This document shows positions 19,656 through 28,325 of a DNA stretch of 64,000 bases, one piece after another. Source of the DNA: Thermoanaerobaculia bacterium (GTDB taxonomy: Bacteria > Acidobacteriota > Thermoanaerobaculia > Multivoradales > UBA5704); NCBI GenBank assembly GCA_044226625.1, contig JBGAGQ010000004.1:96001-160000 (forward strand), given 5' to 3'. The notes beneath the pieces were generated by a model that worked only from the letters and a program-made list of their open reading frames with translations, did not search any database and was not told the DNA's origin. Position 1 is the stretch's first letter. Every line of letters starts with the position of its first letter. Made by a program: the position numbers and the translations under genes.

Positions 19656-20099
19656 CTACGCCTCGGCCGTCTCGGTCCGCGGCGGCCACGCTCCGATCAT
19701 CTGCCGCAACATCACGATCTTGCCGAGGTGATAGGCGTTGTGCACCGCGAGGCTTTGCAGCTCCTCGGCCATCGTCACTCCCGGCTCGACCTCCTGCGCC
19801 AACCGATCCGGCGATTCCGTCCAAGCGATCGCTGCCCGGCAGCCGTCGAGGAACAGGCGCACCACGTCGTGCCACTGCTGCTCGTTCTCCGGCCCCGCGC
19901 TCGGGTAATAGTCGCCGGAGACTGGCTTTTCGCGCTCGACCACCGTTCGCTGCCACATCGCTGTATGCCAGAGCTCGTCGTAGATCGAATGCACCACGCC
20001 ACCCGGCCGCTGCGTCACCTGTTCGAAGGTCAGCCCCGAAAGGAGGTCCGCGCGCTCGCGGAACTCGCCGGTGAGGAAGAGATGTTTCCAGGTGCTCAT
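19656..20099 (-). CDS. DinB family protein
   Basis: 'HSIYDELWH...W' and 'HNAYHLGKI' motifs. Confidence 0.85.
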   Translation of the reverse strand: MSTWKHLFLTGEFRERADLLSGLTFEQVTQRPGGVVHSIYDELWHTAMWQRTVVEREKPVSGDYYPSAGPENEQQWHDVVRLFLDGCRAAIAWTESPDRLAQEVEPGVTMAEELQSLAVHNAYHLGKIVMLRQMIGAWPPRTETAEA

Positions 20100-20169
20100 C
20101 GGTTTTGCTCCCGGCACCGAGCGTGCGAGCTCTCCGTCCCTCCTCGAGCTCCCTCGCGAGGCTCGGCCG

Positions 20170-20712
20170 TCAGAACTTCTCCAGCAACGCCAGACCCCAA
20201 GTCGTGAACCAGAACGCGATGCCCAGGGAGCTCAAGACAATGCCGAAGACCGCCGCTCTCCGGAACATCCACGGTTGGGCACGAAGGATAGAGAGCGCGC
20301 GGAAGCCGAAGACGGCGGCGATCAGGGAGCCCAGCCCGCCGAACCAGAGAATCGACCAGACCATGGAAAGGCGCGAGAGCCGCCGGGCTTTTTCCATCTC
20401 CTCGGGCCGAAGAGTGGCCAGCTCCGTGTCCGCCTGAATCCCCGTCGGCACTTCTTCCTCGCGAGCAGCCTCGATCAGGTCGCGCAGGACCTCCCTCGCA
20501 TCCTCCAGACGATCCGAAGGCACCTGAATCTCGACTCCGCCTGTCGCGACGTTGAAGCCGCCGATCTCCCCCGCGCCGATCAAGGCCTGAACGCCCCCGT
20601 TTTTCGCGAAATAGGGGATCTCCGCCTCGGCGAGACAAGACTCTGCGATCGATTGATCCACGGGATCGCCGGGCAGATAGACGGTCACGAATTCTGAAGG
20701 ATGTGTAGGCAT
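20170..20712 (-). CDS. DUF2007-like domain protein with two C-terminal TM helices
   Basis: 'IAESCLAEAEIPYF...GVEIQVPSDRLEDAREVL' followed by two hydrophobic segments. Confidence 0.7.
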   Translation of the reverse strand: MPTHPSEFVTVYLPGDPVDQSIAESCLAEAEIPYFAKNGGVQALIGAGEIGGFNVATGGVEIQVPSDRLEDAREVLRDLIEAAREEEVPTGIQADTELATLRPEEMEKARRLSRLSMVWSILWFGGLGSLIAAVFGFRALSILRAQPWMFRRAAVFGIVLSSLGIAFWFTTWGLALLEKF

Positions 20713-20864
20713 CGAGCTACCTCGACTCTTCCGCCCAAAAGGGCAGGAGCGCTGCGTCATTCACCAGAAGGCTTCAGCGCCAGTTTACACGCGAAGGAAC
20801 GAGAGCCGAGCACAGGTCACCGCCCTTGAAGGCTCGGCGGCCGATGTGCTGCAATCCTCCGCCA

Positions 20865-21359
20865 ATGACCCGCGAGGAATACAACCAGCGAAGGCGGCAG
20901 ATCGAGGAGCGTCACCGGGCGACGATCGAGCTGATCGAGGCCGGCCGACTGGCGCAGCTGCGGGCGCTCGATCACGTCTGGCTGACCGCCGCGGAAGGAC
21001 GGGAGCCGATTCCGCCCAGCGCCGAGGAGCCAGCGCAGAGCTCGTCGCCGGGACGGAACGCGACGGATTCTTCGAAGGCTTCGCTCATGGCGCCCGCGGC
21101 TGATCCCGCTCCCACGAAGCGTCGCCGCGCGTACGAGTTGCTCGAACAGATCGAGGCCGCCTTGCCCTCGCTGCCCAACCCGTTCGACTATCACGACCTC
21201 CGCCGCGTTCTCGGCATCGAGCTGGATCGTGGCGCGGTCCGGCGCAACCTCGAACTGCTGGTCGAAGAGGAAATCTTGGGCAAGGAATCCCCTTCGAACG
21301 GCCGGTTTCGCCTTCTCTACAGGAAGTTGGTCCCCAGAGCGTCCCCGGAAACCGATTGA
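20865..21359 (+). CDS. Hypothetical protein: N-terminal coiled-coil helix, P/S/A linker, C-terminal winged-helix-like domain
   Basis: 'MTREEYNQRRRQIEERHRATIELIE'; C-terminal 'FDYHDLRRVLG..LDRGAVRRNLELLVEEEIL...LYRK' fits a wHTH pattern. Confidence 0.65.
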   Translation: MTREEYNQRRRQIEERHRATIELIEAGRLAQLRALDHVWLTAAEGREPIPPSAEEPAQSSSPGRNATDSSKASLMAPAADPAPTKRRRAYELLEQIEAALPSLPNPFDYHDLRRVLGIELDRGAVRRNLELLVEEEILGKESPSNGRFRLLYRKLVPRASPETD

Positions 21360-21965
21360 TGCGCGCGAAGATTCGCTCTCGCCTATCGGAAATGCGCGCG
21401 AGCGAACCGTTCAGGCGGTGAAGCCACGCAAAAATTCGCTCAAGTCCCTCAGAAATTCGCATTTTTCGGGGACTCCAGCGATTTCCTGGAGGACTTCAGC
21501 GTTTTTCTGCGGGACTTCACCGAATTATTGGGGACCTCAGCGATTTTCTGGAGGACTTCGGCCTATTTCTAGGGGACTTCAGCCAATTTCTGGGGGACTT
21601 CGGCGAATTTCTGGGAGGCTTCAGCCCTTTCTCGAGGGACTTCACCAAATTCGCGGGGGACCTCAGTGAATTTCTCGGGGACTTCGGCGCAATTCTGGAG
21701 GACTTCCGTCCATTCGCGGGAGACTCCAGCGAATTTCCCCAGCGACTCAAGCGCGTGATTGGGAGAGCACAGCGGTCGCCCCGGAAACCTCCGTGGCCTT
21801 CTAGGGAAGCTCCCCTCAATCGCGAGCGCCCCATCTCCTTGCGCCAGGGACCCGCACGCCCGGACGCGCGCAGAAACGGAACGCCTGGGCGAGGTCAGTC
21901 AAGTTGCGGATGCGCTGAAGGAATTTCCCAGCGCCTCGGACTCGTCTCGCGGAGATTCAGCGTTC
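21345..21965. repeat. Degenerate 21-bp tandem repeat array with internal orientation switch
   Basis: GAC(T/C)(T/C)C-type core recurs at 21471, 21492, 21513, 21533, 21554, 21575, 21596, 21617, 21638, 21659, 21680, 21701, 21722; 21431-21460 is the reverse complement of the unit; outer edges degenerate and approximate. Confidence 0.85.
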
Positions 21966-22021
21966 AACTACCGACCGCGGCATCTTAGCGACCTGCATAC
22001 GTCGTGCTTAAGGGCGGCGCG

Positions 22022-22333
22022 CTACCCTTTGCCGCGAGCCGCCAATACCTCCGATCGCAGAAGCCGCTCGCTGCGCATGACGTAGAGGATGTAAACGCGA
22101 TCCTGGTCCTGCCGATAGAAGATCCGGCACGGTGGCTCGACGAGCTGCCGGTATCGCCACCCCTTGAGCTCGGGCGGCTTTGGACCCAATCTTGGATGGT
22201 CCGCCAGCAGCTCGACGTGCTTGAACACTCGCTGGACCAGCTCCCGCGCCGCCTCAGGATTGTCGAGCGCGATGTAGTCCGCGATGGCATCCAGGTCGCT
22301 GAGCGCGGGCTCGGTCCAAACTACTTCAGCCAT
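22022..22333 (-). CDS. ParE/RelE family toxin
   Basis: 'MAEVVWTEPALSDLDAIADYIALDNPEAA...YRQLVEPPCRIFYR'. Confidence 0.9.
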   Translation of the reverse strand: MAEVVWTEPALSDLDAIADYIALDNPEAARELVQRVFKHVELLADHPRLGPKPPELKGWRYRQLVEPPCRIFYRQDQDRVYILYVMRSERLLRSEVLAARGKG

Positions 22334-22578
22334 CGTGCCATGCGCTGTTTGGCCTGGCCGTGCGTCAGGGTACGTCCGTCTTCGACGGCCTTCTCACCTC
22401 GAGCAATTCCCTCGAGGAGGGCCATCCTCTTCTGCAGAGCCTCAAAGGTCCCGACGTCCACGAGGTATGCACTCGGGAGACCGTGCTGCGTGATGAGGAT
22501 CGGTTCCTTGTCCCGCTCCAGCTCCGCAAGGAGCTCGGTCGCTTGACGCTTCAGGGTGGTCACGATCTCGGTGCGCAT
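22321..22578 (-). CDS. Phd/YefM family antitoxin
   Basis: 'TTLKRQATELL..L...KEPILITQHGLPSAYLVDV'; overlaps the toxin start. Confidence 0.9.
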   Translation of the reverse strand: MRTEIVTTLKRQATELLAELERDKEPILITQHGLPSAYLVDVGTFEALQKRMALLEGIARGEKAVEDGRTLTHGQAKQRMARWLK

Positions 22579-22580
22579 GG

Positions 22581-22600
22581 AGTGATACTAGAGTGTCACT
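22581..22600 (-). promoter_or_regulatory. Operator palindrome overlapping putative -10 (TAGTAT) of the phd-parE operon
   Basis: AGTGATAC-TAGA-GTGTCACT is a 7/8 inverted repeat; on the minus strand TAGTAT lies 6 nt before ATG. Confidence 0.6.
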
Positions 22601-22670
22601 TGCCTTCGGCGCAACCGATCCGCCAAGACCCTCTCTCAGGGCATGTTGAGCCGAATTCCAGGATGCAGCG

Positions 22671-23054
22671 TCAGGCCGTGGCCCGCCAAGCCATCCACCA
22701 CGCCGGGATGTGAAGGATGGCGACGGTCGCGGTCGTGATAACCGATATGACGTAGTCGGCTGGTGTGGCGATTCCGCGTTCGGTCGAGATCCGGCGATAC
22801 TCCTCGAGCCCGCGGGCGCTCATCCACACAGCCGAAGATAGGGCGACGCAACCGATCGTCGCGTGCAGACCTTTGAACGATGCCCCGGCAGGCCAAGAGC
22901 CCATGCCTAGGCCAACGCAACACGCCGCAAACGTCCCCACCACTGCATCGACGACGATCTTCCAACCGGGTACTCGCTCCTCGAAGTCATCCCACGAAGC
23001 GGCAACCGTGAAGCCCACGAGAGCTGCGATCCAGAGCCACGCCCACCACTTCAT
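22671..23054 (-). CDS. Small hypothetical membrane protein (about 4 TM)
   Basis: Hydrophobic segments; purine-rich RBS before MKWWAWL. Confidence 0.6.
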   Translation of the reverse strand: MKWWAWLWIAALVGFTVAASWDDFEERVPGWKIVVDAVVGTFAACCVGLGMGSWPAGASFKGLHATIGCVALSSAVWMSARGLEEYRRISTERGIATPADYVISVITTATVAILHIPAWWMAWRATA

Positions 23055-23396
23055 CGTCGCCCCTTCCTCTTTCACTTCTACCCATTGCTGTTCGCCCCGG
23101 ACCATCGACAGCCACCGCTGGAATGGATGCAGGCCGGACGTGTGCAGAGATCGAAATGCCTGGCCGAGGTTGCCCCACCGGCGGACGCACTAGAGGGACT
23201 CTCTCGCAGCCCTGGACCTTTCCCGGGGAGATTGGGCGGCTCAGCCGTCGACCGTGGTGCCTAAAGCGGCGCGACTCGGGAACTTCTTTCGAATGGGCGC
23301 GTCGGGGCGACCTGGTCCAAACTATCTCAACCATGGCGCCATGCGATACTCGGCCTGACCATGGGTCTCGGCCGACAATGGCTTGTTCGTCGCTGG

Positions 23397-23696
23397 CTAT
23401 GCGACCTGACGGCGTTGAGTCACGCGAACGGACACGCAAGCACCGGCATGACCGAGCATCTCGATCAAGCCGTCGACGTTAAAGTCGTCGATCTTCCCGC
23501 GCATCAGATCGCTTACCCGTGACTGAGTCACTCCGAGAAGTTTCGCGGCGGCAGGTTGGGTAAGTCCCTCGACCTCGATCAACTTCGTTAGCTCAATCAT
23601 CAAATCGGCTCGGATCTTGAGGTTCTCGGCCTCGTCTTCGCCGAATCCGAGATCGCCGAATACATTTCCGGTTGAGCGTCGAACCCGAACCGTCAT
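23397..23696 (-). CDS. HigA-like XRE/HTH antitoxin
   Basis: 'STGNVFGDLGF...LTQ.AAAKLLGVTQSRVSDLMRGKID.F'. Confidence 0.9.
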   Translation of the reverse strand: MTVRVRRSTGNVFGDLGFGEDEAENLKIRADLMIELTKLIEVEGLTQPAAAKLLGVTQSRVSDLMRGKIDDFNVDGLIEMLGHAGACVSVRVTQRRQVA

Positions 23697-24040
23697 TTCC
23701 TTCTCCCTTCCTCGCGGCGGAGGGCTTCAACCTGCTTGAGGCGCTCACGTGCCAGGGTCAGATCTACATCGCGAGTCTGCCGGCTTCTTTTCTCGAAAGC
23801 GTGCAGGACGTAGACCGCCTCCTCGAACTTCGCCACGTATATCACCCTGTGTTCTACGTGAGTGTGGATCCGAATCTCGTTGACACCTGCTCCAATGCTC
23901 GGCATTGGCTTCCAGTCAGTGGGCATCAAACCACGCTGGACTCGGCGCAGTTGGTAGCCGGCGATTCTCCGAGCCTCCGGTGGGAAGTCCAGCAGATCCT
24001 CGAAGGAGGCCCCAACCCACGAGACCATCTTTTCAGGCAT
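23693..24040 (-). CDS. HigB/RelE-like (Gp49-type) toxin
   Basis: 'GYQLRRVQRG..P.DWKPMPSIGAGVNEIRI...YVAKFEEAVYVLHAFEK'; toxin precedes antitoxin. Confidence 0.9.
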   Translation of the reverse strand: MPEKMVSWVGASFEDLLDFPPEARRIAGYQLRRVQRGLMPTDWKPMPSIGAGVNEIRIHTHVEHRVIYVAKFEEAVYVLHAFEKRSRQTRDVDLTLARERLKQVEALRREEGRRK

Positions 24041-24201
24041 GGAGCCAGTATACAAGCGGATGAATTGCCGGAGGGGGTCGGTTATGTAGAACGCGAGGCA
24101 GATTCGTTGGGCCCCGACCTAAGCTATCTGGAAGGCACCCAGTCTCGGGAGCTGGCCGAATGTCGTCTGTGACGCCTAGGGATCGCGAAGTGCGGGAAAA
24201 A

Positions 24202-24321
24202 TCACGAGCGCCGCTCGTTTACCCTCGCATCCCAGCCCTCATGAAACAGCGCAACAACATCTTCAACAAGATTCCCTTTCCGCTTTGAGGATGTGGTCTT
24301 TCCTGCGCTCTTGCGAGACAT
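24202..24321 (-). pseudogene. Possible truncated restriction-endonuclease-like remnant (39 aa)
   Basis: My translation: MSRKSAGKTTSSKRKGNLVEDVVALFHEGWDARVNERRS*, with RBS-like AGGTAGGA; resembles N-termini of Mrr-like nucleases (inference). Confidence 0.3.
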
Positions 24322-24368
24322 ATTCCTACCTGTCAACCAAAGGGAGCGAAGCAAGAGATGCCTGCACC

Positions 24369-24911
24369 TTAGATACGAAGGTGCTCCAGATGCTGATCGA
24401 GCGACACGAAGCGATGGGCCACTTCCTTCAGTTCCTTCGCGGCATGGTTCCAGAACACTACTTCCACCTTATAGCCGTCTTCCTGGAGTTCCTTGATGGT
24501 AGGCACATAGTCGGAGTCGCCTGCCACAAGGACGAAGAGATCCTCCCGGGCATCCCCTCGCTTGTACGCGTCCTTAGTGATCAGCGTGGCAATGCCTGTG
24601 TCGATCTTCTTCTCCTTGTTCCGCACGTTACGGTCTTCAAGGTGAAGCTCGAATCCGGCGCGTTCTGCATGGCGCCAGATGGAATCATTTGGCGGCGGAC
24701 GGGAACCGAAGAGGGCTACGCGCTTGATCTTAGAAAGATCACTTCCCGCAAGGAATTCATGGAGCTTTCCAAAGCTAATAGTGTAGCCATAATCAAAAAT
24801 TCCCTCTCGCATTGCCTCGACAATGTCCGCCGCGAGGCCCTGTTCTACAGTGCTTACTCTACGACCTTCGATGTAAAGATTTGAGTTGTCGACGTAAATG
24901 TAGTCAGCCAA
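24369..24911 (-). CDS. NYN domain (LabA/DUF88, PIN-like) nuclease
   Basis: 'IYVDNSNL', 'EKKIDTGI', 'LVAGDSDYVP', 'VEVVFW'; TTG start; locally lower GC. Confidence 0.88.
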   Translation of the reverse strand: MADYIYVDNSNLYIEGRRVSTVEQGLAADIVEAMREGIFDYGYTISFGKLHEFLAGSDLSKIKRVALFGSRPPPNDSIWRHAERAGFELHLEDRNVRNKEKKIDTGIATLITKDAYKRGDAREDLFVLVAGDSDYVPTIKELQEDGYKVEVVFWNHAAKELKEVAHRFVSLDQHLEHLRI

Positions 24912-25006
24912 GATTGAAGCTCTTCGGGGTCGAAATACCTGCCAGTGATTCTGGCACCCAACTATGGGTTTTTCTTTCCTGCGACAGCTCGCTGACCCTT
25001 GCTAAT

Positions 25007-27652
25007 TTATAGCATTTCCCTTCCTGTTTCGGCTCCGGCCGTCCGCCGGTCCCGCCACGAAAGAAACGCGGGCAGCAACGTGATCGTGATCAGGCAGGTC
25101 GAGAGCGCCCCGAGGATCGCCACGAATCCGACGGTCTTCAAGCCCGGATAATGGGAAAAGCCGATCGAGCCGAAGCCCACGATGGTCGACAACGCGGCCA
25201 CCGCCACGGCTCCTCCGGTTTCGGTGATGCCGCGCTCGCGCTCGTCCCAGGGCTCGGCGTGAGATTCCCGATAGCGGTGGATGACGTAAAGCCCGTAATC
25301 CACGCCGATGCCGATGATCATGGTGGTGACGAAAATGTTGATGAAGTTCATCTGGATTCCGAAGAAGCCCATGCCACCCACCATCCAGACGATGCCGATC
25401 GACAGCGGCACGAGCGCGAGGATCGCGTAGCGCACGCTGCGGAAATCGGCCCAGACGATCAGCCCTACCACCACGTAACCGAGGATCCCGGCGACCCAGG
25501 CATCGGCGAGCACCATGGTGCGGACGCGCTGGTTGATCACGTTGACTCCCGTGAGCGTCGCCTTCGGGCCGAGCTGCGCCATGGCCGCGACGACGTCGGG
25601 CGGCGCCTCGCGGCGCCATTTGTTCTGCGGCGGGAAGAGGTAGACCGCGCTCACCCAGCCATCGCCTTTCCGGGACCCGTCGCGGGCGAGGAAGCGGTCG
25701 AGGATCAGCTCGGTTTGGTGCGAGCCGCGAAAATCGTCGACTCCGATCGGTCCGGAGAGCGAGATCGCCTGGTCGAGCAGCTCGAAGCCCCGTTCGAACG
25801 ACTCGGGCCTTAGCCCCGCGCCGCGCGCCGCCGCTCCGAAGCTCGCGCGGATCCGCTCGAGGTCGAGCGTGCCGGATCGGCCGTCGGCGAGCCAAGCGAG
25901 CGTTCGACGCTGGCGGTCGAGCGGCGGGATCAGCGAGCCGACGCCGCTCGCGCTGTTGAGCACCCCGCGCTCGACGAGCCCCTGGGCGACCCGGCTCGCC
26001 CGGTCGGCGAGCGCGAGCGTCTCCTCCAGGGTGTCACCGTGGAGGATCACGCTCATCGAATCGAACCCGGAACCGAACCGCTTGCCGATCTCTTCGGTCG
26101 TCGCGGTCCCCGGATTGCCGCGCGGCCGCATCGTCTTCATGCTCTCGTCGAACGTCACCGAGCGGGCGCTCCAGGCGGCGAGCGCCGTGATCACGGCGCC
26201 CACGGCCAGGACGGTGCGTGGATGGCGCATCGAGGCCGCCATGAGATGGCGGGTGCCGAAGCTCTGGATGTAGAGGTTTGGCTCCGTCGCGCGCCGCGCG
26301 TGTCGATCCTCGCGCCAGGCGAGCAGCGCGGGGAGCAGCCAGAGCACCGAGGTGACACAGAGGAGGATGCCGGTGCCGGTGAGCAGCCCCATCTGGCGCA
26401 GGCCGCCGAACTCCGTCGTGGTGAAGGCGTAGAACGTGGCGGCCGTGGTCACCGCGCCGGTGAGGACCGCCCGGCCGGAGAGCGCGTTCATGGCGCCCAG
26501 GGCCTCTTCGAGCGTGGCGCCGCGGCGCCGCTCCTCGACGAAGCGGCCGTAGTTGACGATCACGAAATCGATCCCGAGACCGATCAAAAGGGCCGCCACC
26601 ACGCTGGTCGCCGAGGAGAGCGAGCCGATCGCGATCTTCGCGAAGCCGAAGGTGAGGATCAGGCCCGTGAGCAGCGGCACGAAGGCGTAGAGCAGCGCGC
26701 TCGGCCGCCGGAACGCGAACAGGAAGAGCAGCAGGACACCGAGCGCCGAGGTCGCGATGTTCACCATCATGTCGAAGGCGATCAGTCCGGCGTCGCCCAC
26801 GGTGGTGAGGTATGGCCCGCCGAGCGCCGTCTCGGGAACCGGCGGGACCTTGAGATCGGACCCCGCCCCGCCGCCGGCGATCTCCGGCCACGCGGCCTTG
26901 GCCGCCTCGATCCGCCGCTTCACGCTCGCGACCATCGCTTGGCTGAACTTGACGTCCTGCGGCGGGTTCTTCGGCTCGGCGAGCAGGAGGAGCAGCCGGT
27001 GGTCTTTCGACAGGTAGTAGCCGCTCGTCCAGTCGACGTTGAGCGCCCCGCGCGAGCTCTCCATCCGGCCGAGGAAGACGTCGGCGAGGCCGAGCGGATC
27101 GAGCCGGAACAGCTCCTTCATCGCCGCCCCTTGCGGCGTGCCGAGCCGGCGCCGAAGCTCGACCGCGCGGTCGGCGATCGCCGCGTCGGAGAGCTTCGCC
27201 TCGAGCGCCTTGCGCCCCCCCTCGTCGAGGAAGAGCACGGCCTTCGGGAAGAAGGTGGCCAGCAGCTCCTCCGGATTGCCCAGCTTGAACTCGACCCGCC
27301 GGATCTCGGGCGCCTTGGCCAGCTCGCCGGCGAGAGTGTCGGCGTAGCTCAGATAGGGGTCGAGAACGGCCCCCTCGGGGATCTTGACCGCGACCAGCAG
27401 GAGGGAGCCGGTGCCGAACTGCTCGAGCGCGTCGACGTAGGCCGAGATCGCCGGATCCTTGCGCGGCAACAGGCGCAGCATGTCGGTGTCGAAATGAAGC
27501 GTCGCGGCGAGCACGATCGAGGTGACGACGAGCAAGCCGAACACCGCGAACACCCGGCCATACCGCCGCCGGGCGATCCCGGCGATGGTCTGCAGGAAGT
27601 TCCGGTCCTTGGACAGTTTGGTAGCGGGCGAAGGCGCGGGCGTCTCGGTCAT
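25007..27652 (-). CDS. MMPL/RND family lipid transporter
   Basis: Two TM clusters with 'IGLGIDF' and 'IGIGVDYGLY'; large soluble loops; ATGA overlap with pgsA. Confidence 0.88.
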   Translation of the reverse strand: MTETPAPSPATKLSKDRNFLQTIAGIARRRYGRVFAVFGLLVVTSIVLAATLHFDTDMLRLLPRKDPAISAYVDALEQFGTGSLLLVAVKIPEGAVLDPYLSYADTLAGELAKAPEIRRVEFKLGNPEELLATFFPKAVLFLDEGGRKALEAKLSDAAIADRAVELRRRLGTPQGAAMKELFRLDPLGLADVFLGRMESSRGALNVDWTSGYYLSKDHRLLLLLAEPKNPPQDVKFSQAMVASVKRRIEAAKAAWPEIAGGGAGSDLKVPPVPETALGGPYLTTVGDAGLIAFDMMVNIATSALGVLLLFLFAFRRPSALLYAFVPLLTGLILTFGFAKIAIGSLSSATSVVAALLIGLGIDFVIVNYGRFVEERRRGATLEEALGAMNALSGRAVLTGAVTTAATFYAFTTTEFGGLRQMGLLTGTGILLCVTSVLWLLPALLAWREDRHARRATEPNLYIQSFGTRHLMAASMRHPRTVLAVGAVITALAAWSARSVTFDESMKTMRPRGNPGTATTEEIGKRFGSGFDSMSVILHGDTLEETLALADRASRVAQGLVERGVLNSASGVGSLIPPLDRQRRTLAWLADGRSGTLDLERIRASFGAAARGAGLRPESFERGFELLDQAISLSGPIGVDDFRGSHQTELILDRFLARDGSRKGDGWVSAVYLFPPQNKWRREAPPDVVAAMAQLGPKATLTGVNVINQRVRTMVLADAWVAGILGYVVVGLIVWADFRSVRYAILALVPLSIGIVWMVGGMGFFGIQMNFINIFVTTMIIGIGVDYGLYVIHRYRESHAEPWDERERGITETGGAVAVAALSTIVGFGSIGFSHYPGLKTVGFVAILGALSTCLITITLLPAFLSWRDRRTAGAETGREML

Positions 27653-28218
27653 GGCGTCCCCGGAGGGCCTTCGCTCTGAAGCAGGCGGCGGCCGAATTGC
27701 ACGAAGTAGTCCACACCGGACCAAGCGGTCACGAGCATCGCCGCCCAAAGCGAGATCGGGGCGAGATGGCGGAACTCTCCGAGCTCGTTGTAGACGATCA
27801 GTAGGGAGATGGCGACGATCTGGAGCGTGGTCTTGAGCTTGCCCGAGGCGGCGGCCGGAATGACGATCCGTTCGGCCGCGGCGAAGCTGCGCAACGAGGT
27901 CACCGCGAACTCGCGGGCGATGATGACGACCACGATCCAGGCCGGAACCACCCGCGGATTCAGCTCGACCAGAGAGATGAAGGCGGCCGAAGTGAGGATC
28001 TTGTCCGCCGCCGGATCCAGGATCTGGCCAAGACGGGTGATCTGCTTGCGCCGTCGAGCGAGGAATCCGTCGAGGAAATCGGTCAACGAGGCGAGCAGGA
28101 ACAACCCGAGGCCGATCCACTCCTGGCCGAAATATTTGGGCTTCGTAAACAGCACGACCACCATGAGCGGTACGAGCAGGATGCGAAACAGGCTCAGGAG
28201 GTTCGGGACGTTCAGCAT
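27649..28218 (-). CDS. pgsA: CDP-diacylglycerol--glycerol-3-phosphate 3-phosphatidyltransferase
   Basis: 'NVPNLLSLFR', 'TDFLDGFLARRRKQITRLGQILDPAADK', 'GKLKT'. Confidence 0.92.
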   Translation of the reverse strand: MLNVPNLLSLFRILLVPLMVVVLFTKPKYFGQEWIGLGLFLLASLTDFLDGFLARRRKQITRLGQILDPAADKILTSAAFISLVELNPRVVPAWIVVVIIAREFAVTSLRSFAAAERIVIPAAASGKLKTTLQIVAISLLIVYNELGEFRHLAPISLWAAMLVTAWSGVDYFVQFGRRLLQSEGPPGTP

Positions 28219-28325
28219 GGCAGCCGGTCGAGCCGGAGAATTGTATGTCATGGTCCGGAGGTCTCGGGACCCCGCCCGGCCAGCCCTTGGCTCGCTCGGG
28301 CGGACGGGCGAAGCGGAGTACCGAT

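Noticed and set aside
21357-21359. Selenocysteine read-through of the TGA
   Set aside because: No redox motif context and no recognisable SECIS hairpin.
21345-21965. CRISPR array
   Set aside because: Units abut at a 21-nt period with no unique spacers, the repeats are degenerate, and no cas genes are in the window.
22605-22655. Integron attC site next to the phd-parE cassette (minus-strand GCTCAAC...GTTGCGC)
   Set aside because: Only about 43 nt, imperfect GTTRRRY, no convincing internal boxes and no intI in the window; IntegronFinder would settle it.
24285-24884. 199-aa plus-strand ORF
   Set aside because: Antisense to the motif-complete NYN gene; no recognisable features.
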